A DNA stretch of 64,000 nt from a virus. Taxonomy: Duplodnaviria; Heunggongvirae; Uroviricota; Caudoviricetes. The notes below the pieces were generated by a model. That model saw only the letters and a list, made by a program, of their open reading frames with translations. It did not search any database and was not told the origin of the DNA. Shown here piece by piece: positions 56,808-64,000 of this stretch (its first letter is position 1; every line of letters starts with the position of its first letter). The stretch lies in IMG/VR virus record IMGVR_UViG_2537561935_000012; one strand, 5' to 3'. Position numbers and translations under genes: made by a program.

Positions 56808-57087
56808 TCCACCCAGGCGTGCTGAATGTCAGATATAATCGGCATACTCAAATCACTCCTAACGATATGAGTCATCACCAGAAAATCAGGATTAATGCGC
56901 CGGACTCTTCCCGGCTGTCACACCGAATCGCCAGGATGGTGAATCCCTTTACCCGAGAAACAACAAACGGTGGCTTGCACATTCCGGCTACCTGGTTCGT
57001 TGCCTGAGCTAGGGGCAAGGTTCCCCCCTTTTAACGTCACCAGACCGCTAACGACGCATGTGCCAGACGCCGTGTTACAACCAAATA

Positions 57088-57163
57088 TGGTGGCCCCTAC
57101 CGGACTTGAACCGGTGACCGTGCGATTATGAGTCGCCAGCTCTAACCACTGAGCTAAAGGGCC
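57088..57163 (-). tRNA. tRNA with CAU anticodon (ileX-like tRNA-Ile2 / Met)
   Basis: 76-nt cloverleaf GGCCCTTTAGCTCAGTGGTTAGAGC...CTCATAATCGC...GGTTCAAGTCC...CCA, very similar to E. coli ileX. Confidence 0.8.
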
Positions 57164-57437
57164 GGATTACTGTTTCCTGAGTGCTTCTATGACGCCAGCA
57201 ATACCGCCTACAACTATGCCAGCAATGACAACGAGAACAATTGGATACTTGTCAGCAAAATCCCAGAAGCCCATCACTGATCCTTAGAAGCTGTTTTTAA
57301 TATCGGCCATACCAATGTTACAGCTACTGCTACCAACGCCCCGTCGGATAAAACCGACAGGATTGTGCTGGTGAAATCCACCAGCACAGATAGCACGAGA
57401 AAAACCAAAGCCAGAATTAGACGTGCTTTTATAACCA

Positions 57438-57863
57438 TCAGATATACTGTTCCAGTGGCAATTGAAGAGCCTGGGCAATTTTCTTCAATTGCTCCTGCTC
57501 TTCTGCCCCAATGCCATCCTGGTCAGCAATATCAATGCATAGGCACAGAACATCTACCGCATCATTAGTTCCAGACACGTCAGCCAGTTCACGTAAAGCC
57601 TGGGCATTCGCTCGGCGCGGCGAGGCTTCATATTGAGCGCGAATATTGGCGCTCATCTGGGCAATTTCACCGGAGAACGGCGCAAAGGCAGGAAGTGCTG
57701 CAATGGTTTTTTCCAATACTGCAATTTCTTTCGCATCGCAGGTGCCGTCAGAGTATGCAATGGAATATGCGCCCCAGACAGTCGCTTCCACCGCATCACG
57801 GTTTTCCATCTTCTTGACTCCGCCAGCCGCTTTGCGGAATTTCTTTTTGAGAATGCCGAGCAT
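57438..57863 (-). CDS. TerB-like domain protein (tellurite-resistance/phage-inhibition family, TciA-like)
   Basis: 141 aa with TerB-like helical pattern; followed by two small hydrophobic ORFs at about 57170-57431. Confidence 0.45.
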   Translation of the reverse strand: MLGILKKKFRKAAGGVKKMENRDAVEATVWGAYSIAYSDGTCDAKEIAVLEKTIAALPAFAPFSGEIAQMSANIRAQYEASPRRANAQALRELADVSGTNDAVDVLCLCIDIADQDGIGAEEQEQLKKIAQALQLPLEQYI

Positions 57864-58594
57864 TTATTAACCTCATTACTGGTTGGGAAATAAGGTTGCG
57901 GTGCCGGGTGCTTCCCGGTGTCCTTTAGCTGGTTATCCACCGTGGACGGGGAAATAAGGAGAAATAATGGACAGATATAACCATTTCCCCGCGTGCGCTT
58001 AGCCGCATTCACCGCAACGGAAAGAGCATTCCTGGTGGACCTGTAGATTGGGATATGAACCCGTTACAGGAGAATGCTCTTACCTGTTACGTGCTCCGTT
58101 TCGTGGAGCTAACGGCGGGGGATCGGGCCGCACCAGACTGGACTTATTTCAGCGTTATGCTCATGCCAGAGAATCAAACTGTGATGGTCGGTGCTGAACT
58201 CCGACACAGGGTTGTAGCAAGCCCCGCAAAGCGCGCACTACTGTAGTTGCGGCACATCAGCCTGTGCATTCACCACAATGTTGAGAACACTGGTTGTCAC
58301 GCTGCAACGCAACATTTATTCGTAGATTGGGATATGACCCCGTTACGCCAGTGTTCTCAACGTTGTAGTGCCGGTTACGGTTCCGGCCAGGCCTCTTCCT
58401 CAACGGGGTGTTCTCCATACGGACTACCGTTTATTGGTCGTTCCTGCGGTTTATGTTGTGAAGCCAGATGCTTATCTTCTGGTTGCTTCAAAGAGCTGCA
58501 CTTCATCACAACGGTAAGGGTACTTCGTAGGGATTCGAACCCTCTGCCAAGCTCGGCGATCTCCGACGTCGCAAAATACCCTTACCTGTTGTGC

Positions 58595-58670
58595 TGGTGC
58601 CGATTAACGGACTCGAACCGCTGACATCCTGCTTACAAGGCAGGCGCTCTACCAACTGAGCTAAACCGGC
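58595..58670 (-). tRNA. tRNA-Thr (UGU anticodon)
   Basis: 76 nt GCCGGTTTAGCTCAGTTGGTAGAGC...CTTGTAA...GGTTCGAGTCC...CACCA with CCA end. Confidence 0.85.
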
Positions 58671-58672
58671 AT

Positions 58673-58748
58673 TGGCGATGGTGGATGGATTTGAACCATC
58701 GACCCGTTGATTAACAGTCAACCGCTCTAACCGCTGAGCTACACCATC
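58673..58748 (-). tRNA. tRNA-Asn (GUU anticodon)
   Basis: 76 nt GATGGTGTAGCTCAGCGGTTAGAGC...CTGTTAA...GGTTCAAATCC...CGCCA, 2 nt from tRNA-Thr. Confidence 0.85.
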
Positions 58749-59402
58749 ACTTGCCGGGTACGTCTCCGGCGAGGGCTTCCACCTCCGTATGCTTTTCGGC
58801 GCACCGCGCCCTGGCTGCAATTCGGTAACAGGGGATGCACAACCCTGGCTTCCAGCGTGATTAGCGCCTTCAGCATGACGGGATATACCCGTAAATTCGT
58901 GGAACTGTACCCAAAGTGCTGTTAAGCACCGCTGTTACGCTGAAAAGAAAACGCAACAGGAAAGGACGCTGACCAACAGATGGCCCCTTCTCGTTCATCT
59001 GGTTAATCACACCAGCGCCCTTACCTGTTGTGCCTCCCCGTTCCCTAATACACAGACGGGGACACTCTGCGGTCGATTTTTTGACGGGGGACGACTCATA
59101 CCCCGTGGCATCTGGCTTCTTAGGCCGCTACCATCATCAGATCATCGTTTGCATTTACTTTAATGGTCAGTTTCTAAACCGCCGCAAAGTCGCTAACCAT
59201 GACGAAAACCCTGAAAAAAACGCCCACCCGAAGATGGGCAAACTGGAAGCTCGTAACGCACTTCGGCGTTGCCACTTAGGCGCATGGTCAACCTGGCAAC
59301 TCGGTGTTTTGTCTGGGAGGACTAGGCCCAGCCATGCTTACCGCCGCGCCTGTCGCGGCTAACAGCTAAATCGCTCTATAAATCACGATTCATTGAGGCG
59401 AT

Positions 59403-59430
59403 ATTACACTAATAAATTTATTAGAGCAAT
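59403..59430. promoter_or_regulatory. Overlapping divergent pair of C1 operator-like sites
   Basis: AAATTTATTAGAGCAAT (59414-59430) is a perfect reverse-complement match to consensus; ATTACACTAATAAATTT (59403-59419) has two mismatches. Located between dmt stop and the tRNA/ban cluster. Confidence 0.65.
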
Positions 59431-61685
59431 ATACCCAAAACGTCATGAGCTACACCTCGAGTGTCCCCCTTACAAGACACAGAACGTCTGGCAAAAAGAG
59501 GTTCCACTCTGAAGCCACTGTCATGATAAAGCTCTCTGATGTTTGGCGCGCCACTGTTAGTAATGAGAACCTTTGCACCTCGACGATGAGCATCCGTCAA
59601 CAGAGACACCAGGCGTTTTTGCTCTTCAAACTTAAAGTCATGACCGGAATAGTTCGTGAATCCCTCTGTATTTGGAAGCGGTTCATACGGCGGATCGCAA
59701 AAGATGACATCTCCTTCTCCGGCAGCTTCAATCACCGCTGCAAAATCACCGCATACAAACTCAGACCGCCCTTCCGCACCGAGGAAGGCTTCCATCTCCT
59801 GTAATGGGAAATACGGAGTTTTATACTTCCCGTAACCGACATTGAACTCACCGGCCTGGTTGTAACGCGTCAATCCGTTAAAACAATGTCGGTTCAGGAA
59901 CAAAAACGCCGCTGCGCGATGTAAATCATCATAGACTTGTTTGTTAAACGCATTCCGTACTGCCAGGTATCCTTCCTGTGTGTTGTAGCCCTGGAAGAAA
60001 CGATGCGCCAGTGTGATAAGTGAATGCGCCTCGCGTTGCAGAGTCTTGTAAAAGTTAATCAGGTCAGCATTCACATCATTTAGCAGATTTTCCTGGTATC
60101 CGGCATTCGTGAAGACAGCTCCGCCACCGACAAAAGGTTCGATCAGGCGCTTCCCTTCTGGCAAATAGCGAAAGATTTGTTCCAGAACACCAAATTTTCC
60201 ACCAGCCCATTTGAATATGGACCGTTCGAATTCTGCCGCTGGTTTAACTTTTCGCTCTTTTGTTTCACTTCCTTCTTTCTGCCGACATACGGCCTTAGTA
60301 ATCCGATCGCCAATCCAGCGCATTACTGGTATTGCCATACTATTGCCGATCGCTTTGTAACGCGGTCCGTCAGCTGCAAGCATCGCGGCCTCTTCTTCGC
60401 TTAAATATGGATAGTGATTGCGAAGATATGCCAGTTCATCTGAATTAACTTTTTTACGCTTTTCCGTCGGGATCAACGTATGCCCATCAGGAAAACCTTG
60501 CAGCCTTTCACATTCGACAGGGGTAAGACGGCGGACAGCTACTTCTGCGTTTCTTACTTCATAGCAAACAGCTGTTGGATTTTTAGCCATTAGAGATGGT
60601 GAAGTATTCTTAGTTGCAGCATGTTGTGTACCGCTCATACGCTCAGGAAAAGCCAATGTAACAAGATGCTCATGGCTTTCTTGCTCACGTGCCCGCAATG
60701 TACCATGCCCTTCTGACCAAAAACCTGCTCCTGTGCTGCTAAAAACGGCAAGGTCAGTGGCATCTTTAAAATCTCTTGCCTTTACTGTCGATGCGGTTTC
60801 ATCGTCAATATATTCCCCAAATGCTGCCATCCTGAAAGCGTTTACGGCTTTCGTCGATTTCATACCGGGTGGCATGTCAGCGTGTAGGCATGGATTTAGG
60901 CTTTCGCCACTGATTGCAGCGCCATTTGCAATAATGGCGGAAGCGATTTCCTTCTTTTTTCGGCTCGGCGCAATATTCCGACGCACGCCTTCGAACTCAA
61001 AAAGTACCGTTGCGGGATCGAGGTCTGTTCGAGCACTTGCGACAACAAACACGCGTCGGCGTCGTTGTGCCACTCCGAAGTATTGGGCATCAAGGATTCT
61101 CCAGGCCACCTTTCGCTGCGGTCCATAAATACAACCACACTGCGGCCACTTTGGAGCATGGCAACCGGTTTTGCCATCCCACCGCCAGAACGCGTTACTT
61201 TTTCCTGATTCAGGTCGATCACCTGGTTCAAATGGCGCATCTTCTCCAGCCAATCCGGCAAGGAAACATCCGAAGGCGTTATCTGCCGATGACAGGACTC
61301 CTGGGACATTTTCCCAGACGATAACTGTCGGTTTGAGGAAGGACTCAGACCGTTTGTCGTCAATTGCATTTGCAAGCTCCACATACTTCAAAGTTAGCGC
61401 GCCGCGTTCATCATCAAGCCCACCACGTAAGCCCGCGATACTGAATGCCTGACAAGGCGTACCCCCGACGAGCACATCAGGGGATTCGATTTCCCCAGCC
61501 AGGACTTTTTTGGCAAGTTTTGTCATGTCGCCAAGGTTGGAGACATGGGGCCAGCGGTGCGCAAGAACGGCAGATGGAAAAGGCTCGATTTCAGCAAACC
61601 ACGCCGGACGCATACCCAACGGTTCCCAGGCAATACTCGCGGCTTCAATTCCACTGCAAACAGATCCATAGCACAGCTCTTTCAC
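59421..61685 (-). CDS. dmt: Bifunctional DNA methyltransferase: N-terminal C5-cytosine MTase fused to C-terminal Dam-like N6-adenine MTase
   Basis: 754 aa; C5 motifs [11 protein letters not shown] and VVWENVPGV; Dam-like [15 protein letters not shown]...[10 protein letters not shown] and VIFCDPPY. Confidence 0.85.
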   Translation of the reverse strand: MKELCYGSVCSGIEAASIAWEPLGMRPAWFAEIEPFPSAVLAHRWPHVSNLGDMTKLAKKVLAGEIESPDVLVGGTPCQAFSIAGLRGGLDDERGALTLKYVELANAIDDKRSESFLKPTVIVWENVPGVLSSADNAFGCFLAGLAGEDAPFEPGDRPESGKSNAFWRWDGKTGCHAPKWPQCGCIYGPQRKVAWRILDAQYFGVAQRRRRVFVVASARTDLDPATVLFEFEGVRRNIAPSRKKKEIASAIIANGAAISGESLNPCLHADMPPGMKSTKAVNAFRMAAFGEYIDDETASTVKARDFKDATDLAVFSSTGAGFWSEGHGTLRAREQESHEHLVTLAFPERMSGTQHAATKNTSPSLMAKNPTAVCYEVRNAEVAVRRLTPVECERLQGFPDGHTLIPTEKRKKVNSDELAYLRNHYPYLSEEEAAMLAADGPRYKAIGNSMAIPVMRWIGDRITKAVCRQKEGSETKERKVKPAAEFERSIFKWAGGKFGVLEQIFRYLPEGKRLIEPFVGGGAVFTNAGYQENLLNDVNADLINFYKTLQREAHSLITLAHRFFQGYNTQEGYLAVRNAFNKQVYDDLHRAAAFLFLNRHCFNGLTRYNQAGEFNVGYGKYKTPYFPLQEMEAFLGAEGRSEFVCGDFAAVIEAAGEGDVIFCDPPYEPLPNTEGFTNYSGHDFKFEEQKRLVSLLTDAHRRGAKVLITNSGAPNIRELYHDSGFRVEPLFARRSVSCKGDTRGVAHDVLGILL

Positions 61686-62587
61686 TGCTTAGCCTCTCCA
61701 CCAAGGGCATTTACCAGAGCATCAACCAGGCACGAAATTTCACTGGTCAACAGGAAGAAATCTGCGTCCAGTCGCTGCGCAACATCTTCACTATCAATAT
61801 CAGAGTTCTGCTCAAGCAATTCATCCGCAAATTTGACGCTGGTAAGGTTGAAGTTATGGTCCAGTGTAAATTTAATGCGGTTCTGCCAGTCGAGTGCCAA
61901 CTTAGTAACGAGCTTGCCAGCTTCCAGGTGTGTGGAAATTTCATCGCTTCCCAAATCCTGCTTTTTCACTCGGGCAATACCGCCATCCTCAAGCACTGCC
62001 TTAAGTTCTGCCGCATCCCCCATTTGAAATCCCTGTGGAGCACTACCATCACGTACCCAGTCGGTCAGCGTTAATTCAATGGGATTTTCAACACTCAGGG
62101 GAACAACAGGAAGAGAACCCAGAGACTTACGCATAAGCGCGAGCATATCCTCTGCCTGCCGCGCGCTGGCATTGATATAGATACGTTTAGTTGAACCGTC
62201 GTAGATCGCCTGGATAACAGAAAACTTTGAAAAAGCCCGTGGCAGAAGAGAATGCAGAACTTCGTCTTTCAGGGAGTCCTTCTCTGTTTTCTTCAGTTTA
62301 CGCGCTTGTTCTTGCTCAAGTTTTTCAATTTTTTCTTGAATAGCTCGCTGGATAACCGGCGGGGGAAGAATTTTTGTTTCGCGCTTTGCTTCAACAAGGA
62401 TAAAACCATTTCCATGCATAGCGATAACTTCGGAATTATCACCAAATGGAGATACAAAACCGAACTTGGCCATATCCTGACTACCGCATGGCGTGAAAAG
62501 GATCATTTTCTTTTTATCTTCTAAGTCGGTCAGATCCGCCTCACGAGAAAGTTTATAAATAGTAATGTTTTTCCAGTGCTTAAACAT
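61682..62587 (-). CDS. hrdC: RdgC homologue (recombination-associated protein)
   Basis: From ATG 62587: [16 protein letters not shown] ... [15 protein letters not shown] ... [25 protein letters not shown], closely parallel to E. coli RdgC; track ORF starts 38 codons upstream. Confidence 0.8.
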   Translation of the reverse strand: MFKHWKNITIYKLSREADLTDLEDKKKMILFTPCGSQDMAKFGFVSPFGDNSEVIAMHGNGFILVEAKRETKILPPPVIQRAIQEKIEKLEQEQARKLKKTEKDSLKDEVLHSLLPRAFSKFSVIQAIYDGSTKRIYINASARQAEDMLALMRKSLGSLPVVPLSVENPIELTLTDWVRDGSAPQGFQMGDAAELKAVLEDGGIARVKKQDLGSDEISTHLEAGKLVTKLALDWQNRIKFTLDHNFNLTSVKFADELLEQNSDIDSEDVAQRLDADFFLLTSEISCLVDALVNALGGEAKQ

Positions 62588-62936
62588 GTTGTAACCCTTG
62601 AATATCAACCACAGAAAGCTCGTCTTTGTAGAAAAAGGCCAGGTTGTGGCACCCCCTCGTTTGAGCGTATGAGCTGGGACCAATTTCGTTCTTCCAGACA
62701 AATGGCTTCAAATCCGTACGGCGAAGCATAAAAACGCGATTTGTTCCGCTCTGATTCCCAATGAGGCAAAAGCCTTCTTTCACCTTGATAGCCTGCAAGT
62801 TGTCGAGTTCACCGCTGGTTACACGGCTATCGAACTCCTTGCGGCTTATTAGCTCCATCTGCATCTGACGACTCCAAACAAATGCCCATTGAAGGGCGAT
62901 GGCTGAATGGTACCGAAAATACGACATAAAAAACAA
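62580..62936 (-). CDS. Hypothetical protein upstream of hrdC (Uhr-like position)
   Basis: ORF with TTG track start; true start probably internal ATG. Confidence 0.3.
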   Translation of the reverse strand: MFFMSYFRYHSAIALQWAFVWSRQMQMELISRKEFDSRVTSGELDNLQAIKVKEGFCLIGNQSGTNRVFMLRRTDLKPFVWKNEIGPSSYAQTRGCHNLAFFYKDELSVVDIQGLQHV

Positions 62937-62952
62937 TATTTATTAGAGCAAT
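62936..62952 (-). promoter_or_regulatory. C1 operator-like site
   Basis: ATATTTATTAGAGCAAT, one mismatch; immediately upstream of the hrdC/dmt-directed transcription unit. Confidence 0.55.
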
Positions 62953-63033
62953 TTTGCAATAGTTGAACTCCATGTAGACCACAAACAACCTGAGTTAAAA
63001 TAACGAAAATCAGAGCAAATAATTGGTGATGAC

Positions 63034-63318
63034 GTGGCAAGTATTGCAACAAAAGACAGCATTTGTTCGGGGCACGGAGGATTCCCATCCAGGCCTCCTG
63101 TAGAGAGTGAACCACTACTTAAAGTCAACGGAGTCGAAGTGTTAGTTGATGGTAAGCAATATGCACAGCATACCGATGGAAACAGTACGCACGGTGGGCA
63201 AGCTATATCAACCAGGGCATGGTTTACCGTCAATGGTAAAGGGATCGTATGCGTTGGTGACCCTGTTTCATGCGGATCTACCGTAGCGTCCGGAGACGGC
63301 CTGGTTCAGGTAAGTTAG
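63034..63318 (+). CDS. PAAR-like small beta protein (possible spike-tip protein)
   Basis: 94 aa; SGHGGFP ... THGGQ ... VCVGDPVSCGS repeat pattern resembling PAAR-domain proteins. Confidence 0.45.
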   Translation: MASIATKDSICSGHGGFPSRPPVESEPLLKVNGVEVLVDGKQYAQHTDGNSTHGGQAISTRAWFTVNGKGIVCVGDPVSCGSTVASGDGLVQVS

Positions 63319-63326
63319 GAGATATC

Positions 63327-64000
63327 ATGCTGGAAAAAGACTACCAGTTATCCGCATATAAAAAATTGGCCGCCGCCGGTGGGATGAAAACACCTGGTGC
63401 CATAACATCGGCACGAAACAGTGCTAACACAGCAAAACTGCTTGCAGAAGAATTGACCGGATTAATTCTGGATACAATTGTCTATCCCGACACTATTACC
63501 AGCTATGTTTCAACGATCAGAACAACCACAACCGGCTTAACGAACATTGGAGAACTGGCAACTAAGCACGCGGACCTGTTGGCTGGTTATGCAGATCTGT
63601 CAATGCTGCTTCAACTCGATATTGGTTGGGATGTTTACTGCCGTGCTAATGAGCGAGAAGTATCAGAACTGCCGATCTCTATTGCCATTGGTGATGTGAC
63701 TATTACTAAATCGCTTGAGGACGCTGTAAACGCGCTTAATACATCAAGTTTAATCGCTGCTATGGGGGAGATTAACCAGACCCTTAACACTGGCTCAGGA
63801 AGCTCGTCAGGCTCTGGTTCAGGCGGCGGCACTGCCACTCCCCCACCAGCACTAACAGAAGAGCAAATTGAATCTCTGAAAGTAGCAACTGAACAGTTTG
63901 GGGTTGTTTTCAACCAGACAACAGCGCCCACAACTGCGTTACAACAGCAGTATGAACGAGCGAATGAAAGCGCCAATGTAGCCATAACTGCTTATAACCA
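63327..64000 (+). CDS. Hypothetical protein with Gly/Ser-rich linker, 3'-truncated by window edge
   Basis: Open frame from ATG 63327 to window end (MLEKDYQLSAYKKLAAAGG ... TGSGSSSGSGSGGGTATPPP ...); not in track because no stop. Confidence 0.4.
   Translation, partial: MLEKDYQLSAYKKLAAAGGMKTPGAITSARNSANTAKLLAEELTGLILDTIVYPDTITSYVSTIRTTTTGLTNIGELATKHADLLAGYADLSMLLQLDIGWDVYCRANEREVSELPISIAIGDVTITKSLEDAVNALNTSSLIAAMGEINQTLNTGSGSSSGSGSGGGTATPPPALTEEQIESLKVATEQFGVVFNQTTAPTTALQQQYERANESANVAITAYN

Noticed and set aside
58506-58820. Minus-strand 104-aa track ORF, and plus-strand ORFs 58055-58246 and 58247-58624
   Set aside because: They overlap the tRNA-Thr and tRNA-Asn genes or the structured non-coding region; translation products are low-complexity with no RBS.

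Overview
The window reads as a 64-kb stretch of a P1-like temperate phage / phage-plasmid genome, in reverse orientation to the usual P1 map and wrapping across loxP. All family and gene names rest on motifs read directly from the translations plus my recollection of the P1 gene order; nothing was searched against a database. Recognisable in order: the edge of the invertible tail-fibre C-segment (U'-like and Sv'-like ORFs) with the Cin invertase and a cix-like site; a late lysis / defence-against-restriction operon (lydA, lydB, hdf, darA, ddrA, ddrB, iddB); hxr, ssb, lyz; head protease and portal (pro, prt); the 2255-aa methyltransferase-helicase DarB; ulx and lxc; ref, cre and a perfect 34-bp loxP; coi and c1; pacB/pacA with a seven-hexamer GATC pac site; lpa; phd-doc; humD with a LexA box; hot; a block of small accessory genes; ppp; virion/baseplate-like genes; a DnaB-like helicase (ban); three tRNA genes; the fused C5/N6 methyltransferase dmt; and the RdgC homologue hrdC. 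A 17-bp motif matching the C1 operator consensus recurs at about a dozen sites. The most interesting departure from the P1 backbone is an AT-rich (about one-third GC) single gene encoding a SIR2-like protein with an uncharacterised C-terminal domain, sitting where P1 carries its EcoP1I type III restriction-modification genes; this is a candidate NAD-depleting anti-phage module. A second is a protein with a C-terminal DUF2829 (Tad2-like) domain between ssb and hxr, where P1 carries IS1. No CRISPR array, IS element or rRNA was seen.
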